This document shows positions 39,199 to 48,750 of a DNA stretch of 64,000 nt, one piece after another (positions within the stretch are counted from its first letter, which is position 1; each line of letters opens with the position of its first letter). The notes beneath the pieces are model-generated. The model ran no database searches. It was not told the DNA's origin and worked only from the letters and a program-made list of their open reading frames with translations. The DNA comes from an uncultured bacterium (lineage in GTDB: Bacteria; Fermentibacterota; Fermentibacteria; Fermentibacterales; JCC-6): assembly GCA_964386635.1 (NCBI GenBank), contig CAYLRO010000004.1, positions 28,128 through 92,127 of the forward strand, given 5' to 3'. Position numbers and translations under genes: made by a program.

Positions 39199-40857
39199 AT
39201 GAGAACTCTGTTTACTTTGCTTCTGGTAAGCGTTTCCATTGCATCAGCTTCTGCGGGAGAGATGTCTCTCTGCGGTACAGAGCAGCTTATTCCCATAGGT
39301 CTGACTCCTGAGGAAATGTCAAGACTGCATGAGATCGGGACATATCAGGATGCCACAAGCCCTCCGCCGGCAGGAGTGAGAAATCCTGGCGAATTCGAGC
39401 CGGCAACAGGAGTTATGGTGCGCTGGCCTCTCGGCGTTCCCTATGATTTTCTGGTGGATGTTTCCAACAATACTGAACTCTGGGTGATAGTGTCTTCCGG
39501 CCAGCAGTCTTCTGCTCAGTCGGCTCTTACCTCTGCAGGTGTGAACATGTCAAACACCGATTTCATAGTTGCTGCCACAAATACTATCTGGGTAAGAGAC
39601 TATGGTCCATGGTTCATCATTCTGCCAGACGGTACACAGGGCATTTTTGATTACGATTACAACAGACCCAGAGAGGATGATGACCTGGTTCCCCAGGTAA
39701 TAGGAAACCAGTGGGGTATACCGGTTTATATTTCGGACCTTGTTCACACCGGTGGAAATTACATGTCCGGAGGGCTGGGTGAGGCAATGTCAACTGATCT
39801 TGTTTATGATGAGGACCCTAATTCAAATGCATGGGTTGATCAGCAGATGGAAGACTACCTGGGAGTCAGTAACTACAGCACCTTTGAAGATCCTCAGGGC
39901 AGCTACATAGATCATATTGACTGCTGGGCAAAGATGCTCAGTCCGGATCGGATAATGGTTCTTCAGGTTCCCCCTTCCCACGGTGATTATGCATCACTTG
40001 AAGCCACCGCTGATCTGATTGCCGCTTCACAGTCACCTTACGGGCATCCCTGGGAGGTTTACAGGGTATACTCAAGCGGGACAGAGGGGTATGTTAACGG
40101 TCTTCTTCATAACGACACCTACTATATGCCTGTCTGGAACACCGGTAATGATTCCCCGGCAGCCATTTCCTTCCAGGAGGCTCTGCCCGGGTATGATATT
40201 GTACCGATCTACTATTCCAGTTTTGAGAATACAGACGCACTGCACTGCAGAAGCAGGAATGTTATAGACAGATACATGCTCGAGGTAATTCATACTCCGG
40301 TAGCTGATACACAGTCACCATCATCTGTTTCGGTCACGGCATTCATCAGACCTAATCCTGCAAACACACTGACAAGTGCAAAACTTTTCTACAGAGTTAA
40401 CTCAGGGTCGTTTGCAGAGATTTCAATGAACCCCTCAGGCAGCAATAATTACACTTGTGATATCCCGGGAAACCCGGACGGATCAGCAGTGGATTACTAC
40501 ATCAGGGCCGAAGACTCTTCCGGCCGGATTTCTGCCCATCCTCAGTTTGCTCCGGAAACCTGGTTCAACAGTTATGACGTATCGTCAACTGGAACAGCCG
40601 GCGGGAACCCGGGAGGATACCTGCAGCCTGAGATGCTCTCTGCAAACCCCTTCAATTCAGCAATGGTGTTCTCAGGAGAACCGGGAACTGAATTTCAGGT
40701 GTTCAATTCTGCAGGACGGCTTGTGCATAACGGTACTGCAGATGACAGCGGAACAATGCAGTGGTGTCCTGAAGTTGGAACCCCTGACGGCGTTTACTAC
40801 ACCAGATTTACCACTGAGACTTCAGAGTGTTCAGTAAAAACGGTGCTTATCCGTTAG
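39199..40857 (+). CDS. Secreted agmatine/peptidylarginine deiminase (PPAD-like) with Ig-like domain and T9SS-type CTD
   Basis: PGEFEP, WVRDYGP, GGNYM, HIDCW, YVNG, ALHC (catalytic Cys); YYIRAED Ig domain; NPFN...VFNSAGR...GVYY..VLIR. Confidence 0.88.
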   Translation: MRTLFTLLLVSVSIASASAGEMSLCGTEQLIPIGLTPEEMSRLHEIGTYQDATSPPPAGVRNPGEFEPATGVMVRWPLGVPYDFLVDVSNNTELWVIVSSGQQSSAQSALTSAGVNMSNTDFIVAATNTIWVRDYGPWFIILPDGTQGIFDYDYNRPREDDDLVPQVIGNQWGIPVYISDLVHTGGNYMSGGLGEAMSTDLVYDEDPNSNAWVDQQMEDYLGVSNYSTFEDPQGSYIDHIDCWAKMLSPDRIMVLQVPPSHGDYASLEATADLIAASQSPYGHPWEVYRVYSSGTEGYVNGLLHNDTYYMPVWNTGNDSPAAISFQEALPGYDIVPIYYSSFENTDALHCRSRNVIDRYMLEVIHTPVADTQSPSSVSVTAFIRPNPANTLTSAKLFYRVNSGSFAEISMNPSGSNNYTCDIPGNPDGSAVDYYIRAEDSSGRISAHPQFAPETWFNSYDVSSTGTAGGNPGGYLQPEMLSANPFNSAMVFSGEPGTEFQVFNSAGRLVHNGTADDSGTMQWCPEVGTPDGVYYTRFTTETSECSVKTVLIR

Positions 40858-40858
40858 T

Positions 40859-41701
40859 TTAACCGAACCTGTAGTTTATCCAGCCTGCAGCCATTACCAG
40901 AAAGGCTCCGGCAAACACAGCAGCTGAGGGAGTGTTTCCGAATACGGTTATCTGCCACATCACGGAGAATACAACACTGAGATAACCGTAAATTGCTACT
41001 TTACCTCCCTCAGCATGTCTGTATGCTGCTGTCATCAGCACCTGCCCGAATACTCCTGCAATTCCTATTCCAAGAAGCGGGATAAGGGCACTCAGACCAG
41101 GAATTACCCCTTCTGCAATTGAGAACGGCAGAAACACAATCACAGTGAGGAAACTGAACCAGAACACCACCCTCAAAGGAGAATCGTACTTCCTCAGAGC
41201 CCTCAGGGTGGTGTATGCCCCGCCGGCAAACACCGCTGATGCCAGTGCGGGAACCACTGCTCCCGAAACGGAAACTGTGCCGGGACCTGCAACAAGTGCC
41301 ACACCGGTGAAGGCAACAGCAATAGCCGCCACCTGAACCGTTCTCAGCTTTTCTCCCAGAAACATCCATGAGAACAGGATAACGAAGAAGGGGCTCAGTT
41401 TGTTGATTGTTACCGTATTGGCCAGAGGAAGCCGTTCAAGTGCATAGAAGTACAGAACCATTCCTGCTGTTCCAAGAGCACTTCTAAGAAAGAGAAGCCA
41501 GGGTTTTTTTGAAACAAGGGATTCGCGCTTTTTCAGAAGAAGGATCAGAGTTATCACAGCTGCCACCAGTCCCCGCGCCACCAGCTTCTCACTTGTGGTT
41601 ACCCCGGAATCATCAGGAACCAGCTTGACCGCCAGAGGTACCAGCGAGAGAAAGAACGCAGCTGCTGTCATCAGGAGAGCTGCTCTGGTCTGATCTTTCA
41701 T
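40859..41701 (-). CDS. DMT/EamA family transporter
   Basis: Ten TMs, duplicated EamA pattern, LPLANTVTINKLSPFFV...LGEK. Confidence 0.88.
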   Translation of the reverse strand: MKDQTRAALLMTAAAFFLSLVPLAVKLVPDDSGVTTSEKLVARGLVAAVITLILLLKKRESLVSKKPWLLFLRSALGTAGMVLYFYALERLPLANTVTINKLSPFFVILFSWMFLGEKLRTVQVAAIAVAFTGVALVAGPGTVSVSGAVVPALASAVFAGGAYTTLRALRKYDSPLRVVFWFSFLTVIVFLPFSIAEGVIPGLSALIPLLGIGIAGVFGQVLMTAAYRHAEGGKVAIYGYLSVVFSVMWQITVFGNTPSAAVFAGAFLVMAAGWINYRFG

Positions 41702-41704
41702 GAG

Positions 41705-42778
41705 TCAGACCTGGACAAGGCGGTAGCTTCTGCTGCCGAGACCTATATCTTCCCCTGCAGCAAGCTGAAGTTCTCCGTTTCTGTCAGGTCTGATATGCCG
41801 GAATTTGTCCTCTCCGGCTGGAGCATTGTTTCCCAGGGGTTCAGCAGCAGTGACAAGATCAAGACTTGCCTGGTCCAGAGCGACAGGGTCGGAAGAAGCC
41901 AGAACACCTATGTCTTCAACCATGGGTGGTCCCTCATTTTTCATGCAGTCACAGTCCGGTGAAATGTTTGTAAGGAAGTTCAGATAAACCGGTATCTTAA
42001 CAGCCATGGCCGCTCCCAGAGCGTACTCTGTCATTCTTCTGATGAATGTATCCGCTTCCTGATCCCATTTGATACCTATAGCCTTTACAGGACATGCCTG
42101 CAGGCATTCACCGCAGCCTGTGCACTTGTCAGGAAGAATAGTAACAGCATGCTCCAATCTCCGGAAGGCATCAGAACCGCATGCAGCGATGCAGGCGCCA
42201 CAGAGGATACATCTGTCTTCTTTTACTGAAGGCATAACCGAAGAGTGCTGGTACAGCTTACCTGCTTTGGCGGCCCAGCCCATTCCCAGGTGCTTGATTG
42301 AACCTCCGAAGCCTGCAAGAAGGTGTCCCTTGAAATGACTGATCATTACAGCCTTTCCTGTTCTTGCCAGAGCCCCGGCAACCCTGGCGGTTCTGGTGGT
42401 GCAGCAGTCAGGAAGACCGACTCTGAATTCTTCAGTTCCAGTGAGACCATCGGCAACTATGAAGGGAGGGAAATCAGGCATTCCAAACCCGTGCTCCTGT
42501 ACCAGAGAAATGTAGTCAGGAGCACACATTCTTCTGCCTCCGTAGAGTACTGTTGTATCTGTGAGATAGGTTCTTCTGTCAGGAAGATCAAGTGCTTCCA
42601 GAACCATTTTCAGAAGCTTTGGTGAAACGTAGGAAGAGTTTCCCTCTTCTCCTGGATGCAGCTTAACAGCCACCTGTTCTGTGCTGGAAGAGCTGGAAAC
42701 AGGATTGTATGGACCCAGCAGTTCACTGAAACCCTCAGGGGTTAATCGGTTTGCGTGAAGAAATCTTACCTCACTCAT
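41705..42778 (-). CDS. DUF362 domain protein with 2x[4Fe-4S] insert
   Basis: KLHPGE, ISHFKGH..AGFGGSIKHLGMG, CILCGAC...C, CTGCGEC..ACP, CDC, ASSDPVALD. Confidence 0.88.
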   Translation of the reverse strand: MSEVRFLHANRLTPEGFSELLGPYNPVSSSSSTEQVAVKLHPGEEGNSSYVSPKLLKMVLEALDLPDRRTYLTDTTVLYGGRRMCAPDYISLVQEHGFGMPDFPPFIVADGLTGTEEFRVGLPDCCTTRTARVAGALARTGKAVMISHFKGHLLAGFGGSIKHLGMGWAAKAGKLYQHSSVMPSVKEDRCILCGACIAACGSDAFRRLEHAVTILPDKCTGCGECLQACPVKAIGIKWDQEADTFIRRMTEYALGAAMAVKIPVYLNFLTNISPDCDCMKNEGPPMVEDIGVLASSDPVALDQASLDLVTAAEPLGNNAPAGEDKFRHIRPDRNGELQLAAGEDIGLGSRSYRLVQV

Positions 42779-42826
42779 CAGTTACCTCCTTCATGATGCA
42801 TCAATATAAGCAGTACGGGAAGTTCC

Positions 42827-42855
42827 TTGCACAACGGAAGAATTTGGCATATTCT
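42827..42855 (+). promoter_or_regulatory. sigma70-type promoter of alr (probably leaderless)
   Basis: TTGCAC-N17-TATTCT-N6-ATG, no SD. Confidence 0.6.
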
Positions 42856-42861
42856 TCATGT

Positions 42862-43995
42862 ATGAGCAGTTTAGTATGGGTTGAAATTAACTCCGCACAC
42901 CCGGAACACAATCTGTCGGAGATCAACAGAGGGTTCACCGGCATTCACTGTGCTGTTGTGAAAAGCAATGCCTACGGTCACGGATTGAGGGAGATGCTTT
43001 CGCTTATCCCCTCAGCAGACTGGCTGGCGGTAAATTCACTTGATGAAGGTCTCGAGCTGAGAGAACTGGGCGAGAAAAGACCTGTGCTGCTCCTGGGCCA
43101 TGTACCTCTTGACCGATTGCATGAAGCAAGAGATGCTGACCTGCGTTTTGTTCTCTGCAACTTTGAAACCATCAGGTCTATCAGCAGGATTCAGCCATCA
43201 GAGAAGAAGTTTCTGCTTCACATGAAGGTTGAGACAGGAACATGGAGACAGGGTGTACTTCCGCAGGACGCTGTCAGGCTTGCCAGGGAGGTGGAGAATA
43301 CCCCTGGAGCGGTTCTTGACGGGATCTATACACACTTTGCCAACATTGAGGACACTCTTAACCATAAATATGCTGAAGAACAGCTGAGTGTTTTCAACGG
43401 GGTTCTTCAGGATCTCAGAAACTCGGGAATCTCTCCGCCTGTTGTTCATACAGCCTGCACAGCTGCAGCGATTCTCTTTTCAAAGACCCATTTCAGCATG
43501 TTGAGAACAGGGATCGGGCTTTACGGTTTATGGCCTTCCAGAGAAACAAGACTTTCTGCTGAGGCCTCAGGTATAACTGTACCGGACCTGAAGCCGGTGC
43601 TTTCGTGGAAAACCAGGATAGTGCAGCTCAAGAATGTCCCGGTGGATTCATTCATAGGCTACGGCTGCACTTATCGTGTAACAAGAGCAACCAGGATCGC
43701 TGTTCTCCCTGTGGGGTATGCAGACGGTTACAGAAGATCGGTTGGTAACAGCGGCCGGGTACTTATCGCCGGGAAAAGAGCACCTGTTCTCGGAAGAGTA
43801 TGCATGAATCTCTGTATGGTTGATGTAACTGATATCCCGGGCATAAAGCTGGAAGACGAGGTTACGCTTATAGGAAGAGACAGGGACGAGGAGATTTCTG
43901 CCGAGCTACTCGGTGACTGGATGAACACAATCAATTACGAAGTTGTAACAGGCATAAGCCCGCTGCTTCCCAGGCGGATACTGCAGAAGGGATGA
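42862..43995 (+). CDS. alr: Alanine racemase
   Basis: WVEIN, AVVKSNAYGHG (PLP Lys), HMKVETG..RQG, THFA, IGYG..Y, RVCMN, INYE; start moved to ATG 42862. Confidence 0.95.
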   Translation: MSSLVWVEINSAHPEHNLSEINRGFTGIHCAVVKSNAYGHGLREMLSLIPSADWLAVNSLDEGLELRELGEKRPVLLLGHVPLDRLHEARDADLRFVLCNFETIRSISRIQPSEKKFLLHMKVETGTWRQGVLPQDAVRLAREVENTPGAVLDGIYTHFANIEDTLNHKYAEEQLSVFNGVLQDLRNSGISPPVVHTACTAAAILFSKTHFSMLRTGIGLYGLWPSRETRLSAEASGITVPDLKPVLSWKTRIVQLKNVPVDSFIGYGCTYRVTRATRIAVLPVGYADGYRRSVGNSGRVLIAGKRAPVLGRVCMNLCMVDVTDIPGIKLEDEVTLIGRDRDEEISAELLGDWMNTINYEVVTGISPLLPRRILQKG

Positions 43996-43998
43996 TCA

Positions 43999-44766
43999 AT
44001 GTTCATTGAGGTTGTAGGTGCCAGCGGTTCCAAGAATGCCTCGGACAGGATAGTCTGCATGAGACTGGGAGAGAAGGTGCTCCTGGATGCAGGAAGTGCC
44101 TCTTTCATCCCAGCAGAGCAGCTGAACAATGTGGAGACTGTTCTTCTCACACATGCACATCTGGATCACATTCTGGATCTGGGATTTGTTCTGGATTCCA
44201 TGGTTGCATGCAGAGATAAACCACTTGTTGTAATGGGAAGCGAAGCCTGTCTCTCCATAGTGAAGACACACTATATGAACGGTCTCATCTGGCCGGATTT
44301 TTCCAGAATACAGGCCAGCGGCAGATCTCTTCTGGAATACAGGGTCATAAAGGACAATCAGTGGACTGAGCTTCACTCTGATCTGGAATGTATGGCTGTT
44401 CCTGTAAATCATCCTGCAGGCGCCAGGGGATTTCTATTCAGATCACAGGGAAAGACAGTTGTTTATTCAGGCGATACAGGACCTACGGAAACACTCTGGA
44501 AAAAAGCAAAACAGGCAGGGGACCTGTGTGCGGTGGTCATAGAGGTTTCTTTCCCGGAATCGAAAAAGAACATTGCCATGGCATCGGACCATCTGTGTCC
44601 CTCCCTTGCAGCTGACGAACTGAAAAAGCTGGGGTGTCCTGATCTTCCAGTTTATCTCTTCCATATGAAACCATGGTTCAGGGAAGAGATCGAATCAGAA
44701 TTCAGGGATCTGCCTGGTAATTGTCCATGCTTCCTGAAGCAGGGAGACCGAATAGTTTTTCACTGA
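43999..44766 (+). CDS. Class II 3',5'-cyclic-nucleotide phosphodiesterase (MBL fold)
   Basis: LLDAG, THAHLDH, YMNGLIWPDF, VNH, YSGDTGPTE, IEVSFP, HLCP, FHMKP. Confidence 0.85.
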   Translation: MFIEVVGASGSKNASDRIVCMRLGEKVLLDAGSASFIPAEQLNNVETVLLTHAHLDHILDLGFVLDSMVACRDKPLVVMGSEACLSIVKTHYMNGLIWPDFSRIQASGRSLLEYRVIKDNQWTELHSDLECMAVPVNHPAGARGFLFRSQGKTVVYSGDTGPTETLWKKAKQAGDLCAVVIEVSFPESKKNIAMASDHLCPSLAADELKKLGCPDLPVYLFHMKPWFREEIESEFRDLPGNCPCFLKQGDRIVFH

Positions 44767-44769
44767 CGG

Positions 44770-45519
44770 TCAGTCTTTCATGCTCAGGTACAGCGATGCC
44801 TGGAAGATGGATTTAAGAGTTGATACCAGCAGTGCAACTGTCAGTACCCAGGCCACTGCAACCACAAGCCCGGTTAGAGATTCACCCCTTGTCAGATACA
44901 GGATCAGGGCCGCTGGAATAGATGCCGCAACTCCCAGAAGACCAAAACTTACACTGCCCACCAGCTGATGTCCCCAGTTTCCCTTTACATCCGACCAGGC
45001 GCTTTTCAGCGCGGTGAAGGGGTCTATTCTGTCAATGACCATTCTGGGAGCAACGAAGAAAGAGGCCATGGTCCAGAGCGTACCCAGTGATCCGGTTACC
45101 AGATTCCTTCTGTTCCTGCCCTTGAGCATTCTCAGAATAACACCGACTGTTGCTTCCATGACAGCCCACATCGCGATGTATGATGTTACTGCAAAGGATG
45201 CCCTGAACCCGTCTGCTATTGTGGGATCACCGCCGGCCATGCGGATCTCAGCGCAGGCGATCACTGCACAGTTGAAGAATGTGACCAGGAAATAGTTAAG
45301 GAAATAGAAGAGGAAGGCAACGGCAATGAAGCCGGCCTGGTTAGAGTCATAGAGGTGTTCAATTGATTTCCCGGTGGAGGAGAGCGGGATGAAGAAACTG
45401 ATACTCACAACTATGCACAGAATGCCTGACAGTATGGGAAAAACCAGAAGTTCCTTGTCAGCCATAAGAACTGTCCAGCTTTTCTTTATTGCGTCAAATG
45501 TTCCACTGAAAATATTCAC
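44770..45519 (-). CDS. DUF6159-like membrane protein
   Basis: DKELLVFP, YFLVTFFNCA, W..A.FFVAP, A.K.A...VK.NWG; GTG at 45519 after GGAGG. Confidence 0.7.
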   Translation of the reverse strand: MNIFSGTFDAIKKSWTVLMADKELLVFPILSGILCIVVSISFFIPLSSTGKSIEHLYDSNQAGFIAVAFLFYFLNYFLVTFFNCAVIACAEIRMAGGDPTIADGFRASFAVTSYIAMWAVMEATVGVILRMLKGRNRRNLVTGSLGTLWTMASFFVAPRMVIDRIDPFTALKSAWSDVKGNWGHQLVGSVSFGLLGVAASIPAALILYLTRGESLTGLVVAVAWVLTVALLVSTLKSIFQASLYLSMKD

Positions 45520-45537
45520 CTTTACCCTCCTGAACCA

Positions 45538-45566
45538 TTGCAGAAACACTGTTTCTTTCTTATTCT
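45538..45566 (+). promoter_or_regulatory. sigma70-type promoter of the namZ-like gene (probably leaderless)
   Basis: TTGCAG-N17-TATTCT-N6-ATG, no SD. Confidence 0.6.
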
Positions 45567-45572
45567 TCGCCC

Positions 45573-46688
45573 ATGAAACAACATGCCGAATTTACACTTG
45601 CGAATCTTCCAGGCAGGAAGGTGTGTCTTCTGTCACACTGCGCTGCGGTTGATTCCGGATTTACAACAACCCTTAAGATACTGAATGACTGGTCCGTTCT
45701 CCACTCGGTACTTGGACCGCAGCATGGCTTCTACGGAGAGACCCAGGACAACATGATCGAGTGGGAAGGCTACCTGCACAGGCGATACGGCGTTCCTCTG
45801 TTCAGCCTGTACGGAAGAACAAGAGTTCCTTCAGACAAAATGCTTGCAGGTGCAGACTGCGTTGTTATAGATCTTGTCGATATTGGAAGCCGTTACTACA
45901 CATTTATCTACACAATGGCCCTTACTATGAGGAGATGCTCGGAACTGGAAATTCCAGTAGCAGTTATTGACAGACCGAATCCTCTGGGAAACAAATTAGT
46001 TGAGGGACCGATCCTGAATACAGACTTCACCTCATTCGTGGGTATGTATCCAATTCCAGTCCGCCATGGTCTTACCATCGGCGAGATGGCAATGCTCTTT
46101 GCTGATCTGGATGGTATCGGAAGACCCTGTGTTCTCACTATGAACGAAGACCCTCCCTGGGTGATGCCTTCACCGAACATGCCCACCGGTGACACGGCTC
46201 TGGTGTATCCCGGAATGTGTCTGTTTGAAGCTACGAACATGTCTGAGGGAAGGGGAACCACAAAACCCTTCGAGATATTCGGGGCTCCATGGATAGACCC
46301 GTGGGAGCTGTGCGGCAGTTTGAACGGGACAGAATTCCTGAATGGTGCGGTTCTTCAGCCTCATTTCTTCATTCCCACATTCAACAAGCACAAAGGGATC
46401 AAGTGCGGAGGTGCCATGATACACGTAACTGACAGGGACACTTTCAGACCGTTTCTTGCCGGGCTCGGTATACTTGCCCACTGTTTCACTCTTGATGCCA
46501 CCGGCTGGAATGATCCGCCGTACGAGTACGAGTACGAGAAGATGCCCATAGACATTCTGGCAGGCGGAAGCCATGTGCGGCATGCAGTGAATCACAACAG
46601 AACAGATGCTCTTATTGCTCTTTCCCGCACACCTGAAGCCCAGTGGAAACCCCTGGAAGATCTGTGGCAGAGATTCATCTTCGCATAA
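45573..46688 (+). CDS. namZ: Exo-beta-N-acetylmuramidase NamZ family (DUF1343), no signal peptide
   Basis: PQHGFYG, PLFSLYG, DLVDIGSRYYTF, DRPNPLG, RHGLTIGEMA, PSPNMP, YPGMCLFE, SEGRGTT.PFE. Confidence 0.88.
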   Translation: MKQHAEFTLANLPGRKVCLLSHCAAVDSGFTTTLKILNDWSVLHSVLGPQHGFYGETQDNMIEWEGYLHRRYGVPLFSLYGRTRVPSDKMLAGADCVVIDLVDIGSRYYTFIYTMALTMRRCSELEIPVAVIDRPNPLGNKLVEGPILNTDFTSFVGMYPIPVRHGLTIGEMAMLFADLDGIGRPCVLTMNEDPPWVMPSPNMPTGDTALVYPGMCLFEATNMSEGRGTTKPFEIFGAPWIDPWELCGSLNGTEFLNGAVLQPHFFIPTFNKHKGIKCGGAMIHVTDRDTFRPFLAGLGILAHCFTLDATGWNDPPYEYEYEKMPIDILAGGSHVRHAVNHNRTDALIALSRTPEAQWKPLEDLWQRFIFA

Positions 46689-46737
46689 AACTTGAGTGTA
46701 TATTCCTGCTGCATGAAAAAGAGAAGGGTATGAAGAC

Positions 46738-47526
46738 TTGAAGATAGCTTTTCTTAGTGACATACACGCCAATGTTCCGGCATTGGAAAAAGCCATGGAG
46801 CTTATCCGGCAGAGTGATGCTGAAGCGGTTGTCTGTCTGGGTGATCTGGTTCATTACGGTCCGCAGCCTGAAGAAACCATCCGCATTCTTATGCAAAGCG
46901 ATATCGACTGCATCCAGGGTAACTGCGACAGAGCTGTTGCAAGGGGTAGAGAGACAACAGGGGAGACTTACGACAATCCCCACTGGACAAATATTGCCGC
47001 AGACTTCTTTGAATGGACCGGTAACAGTATTTCTCCCGGAAGCAGAAAGTGGCTGAAAAATCTTCCTGAAGAGTCCCGTTTTGTGGTGGGCAAAACAGCG
47101 ATTCTGTGCGTGCACGGTCTTCCAGGCAGACAGAGCGGCCAGCTTCCTGAAAACGCAGCCATGGAGGTTTACGATGGAATACTCAGCAGAGCTGCGGCCA
47201 ATGTTGTTGTCTGCGGTCTGACCCACACACCAAGCGTGATAAGAAGACCCAGGGGTATCATTATAAATCCCGGTTCCGTGGGAGGAGGCACACTTCCATC
47301 AGGAGGAACCTTCATGATACTCACGGTACCGGAACAGGGCACTCCAGAGGTGGAAACTGTGGAATTTAAGTATTCAACGGATAAACTGGAAGAACCTTAC
47401 CGAAAAGCAGGGAGAGGTGACCTGTTTTTCAAATGTCTTAAACTCGGTCGTGATCAGCGCGGGAACTGGCATACCGACAAGCCTGAATGGAGACAGAAAT
47501 GGGCAGAACCCTCATTGAAAAAATAA
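46738..47526 (+). CDS. Calcineurin-like metallophosphoesterase
   Basis: SDIHAN, GDLVHYGP, GNCD, VHG, GLTH, NPGSVG. Confidence 0.85.
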   Translation: MKIAFLSDIHANVPALEKAMELIRQSDAEAVVCLGDLVHYGPQPEETIRILMQSDIDCIQGNCDRAVARGRETTGETYDNPHWTNIAADFFEWTGNSISPGSRKWLKNLPEESRFVVGKTAILCVHGLPGRQSGQLPENAAMEVYDGILSRAAANVVVCGLTHTPSVIRRPRGIIINPGSVGGGTLPSGGTFMILTVPEQGTPEVETVEFKYSTDKLEEPYRKAGRGDLFFKCLKLGRDQRGNWHTDKPEWRQKWAEPSLKK

Positions 47527-48749
47527 TCAGCGCCCACGGCGGCGGTGAATGCAAGGGCGGAGACGTTGCCTGGATGGGGATTGACAACCGTTCAGCCAGA
47601 GACTTTGCAGGTGCAAATGTTGTGGGTAATCTTGAGAAGTACGGCGGCGGAAAACCCATTGACGATCCTGAGAAGACTTTTTTCACATTTGACTGCAACG
47701 TTCCTGCAAACACAATCCCCTACGCAACCAATCAGCACAGGATCAGACTTTATGCCAGAGATCACGATCTGAAAGTGTTCGATGTGAATGCAGGCATAGG
47801 AAGTCATGTTGTAATTGAGGAAGGTCTTGCCGGTCCTGGAAAGACAACAGTGGGTACTGACAGCCATCTGAACATCATGGGTGCCACAGGCGGTTTCGGA
47901 CAGGGCATGGGCGATGTTGACATCGCTTTCGCCTTCAAAACAGGCAAGGTCTGGTTTCAGGTTCCCCACAGTGTGAAGGTTACCCTGAAGGGGATGCCTG
48001 CTCCCGGTACTGAAGCAAAGGATGTTGCCCTTGCAATGCTGCAGGAATTCGGCAGTCACACCCTTCTTGGAAAATCAGTTGAAGTTCAGGGTGACTGGCT
48101 TGATCAGGCAGGCCTTGCAGACCGTATAACTCTTTCAAGTCTTGGAACTGAAATGGGCGCAATCATCATTCTTCTCGCACCTAACAAAGTTGTTCTTGAC
48201 TACTTCAAAATGAAGGCTGAAGATGCCATCTATCCAGATAAAGATGCAGTTTACCAGAAGGAATACACACTTGATATCTCAGGGCTGAAACCTCTTCTTG
48301 CAGCTCCTCCCAATCCTCACAATGTCCATCCGGTGGACGAGTTCCATAATGTTGCTGTGGACGGTGTTTTCATTGGCAGCTGCACCAATGGAACTTATGA
48401 GGATCTTGCCTATGCGGCAAAGCTGCTAAAGGGCAGAAGAGTTGCCGACGGAGTAATGCTCAAGGTTGTTCCTGCTACCAGAAGCACCTGGGAGAGACTT
48501 CTTCATGAGGGACTTCTTTCGGACATGTTCGATGCCGGGGCCATTGTGAGCAATGCCGGGTGTGGCGGATGTGCCTCAGGCCAGATCGGCATGACAGGAA
48601 TAAAAGAGATCCAGGTCAGCACATCAAACAGAAACTTTGCCGGTAAACAGGGCAGAGGAGATACGTATCTCGCAGGAATCGGAACAGCAGTAGCAAGCGC
48701 TGTTAAAGGCAGAATTGCCTCAGTGCATGAACTGGAGGAGGTAATCTAG
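47499..48749 (+). CDS. Aconitase-family [4Fe-4S] dehydratase large subunit (LeuC/HacA-like)
   Basis: MGRTLIEKI, GIGSH, GTDSH, GFGQGMG, FIGSCTNG, AGCGGC, STSNRNFAGKQG. Confidence 0.88.
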   Translation: MGRTLIEKIISAHGGGECKGGDVAWMGIDNRSARDFAGANVVGNLEKYGGGKPIDDPEKTFFTFDCNVPANTIPYATNQHRIRLYARDHDLKVFDVNAGIGSHVVIEEGLAGPGKTTVGTDSHLNIMGATGGFGQGMGDVDIAFAFKTGKVWFQVPHSVKVTLKGMPAPGTEAKDVALAMLQEFGSHTLLGKSVEVQGDWLDQAGLADRITLSSLGTEMGAIIILLAPNKVVLDYFKMKAEDAIYPDKDAVYQKEYTLDISGLKPLLAAPPNPHNVHPVDEFHNVAVDGVFIGSCTNGTYEDLAYAAKLLKGRRVADGVMLKVVPATRSTWERLLHEGLLSDMFDAGAIVSNAGCGGCASGQIGMTGIKEIQVSTSNRNFAGKQGRGDTYLAGIGTAVASAVKGRIASVHELEEVI

Positions 48750-48750
48750 C

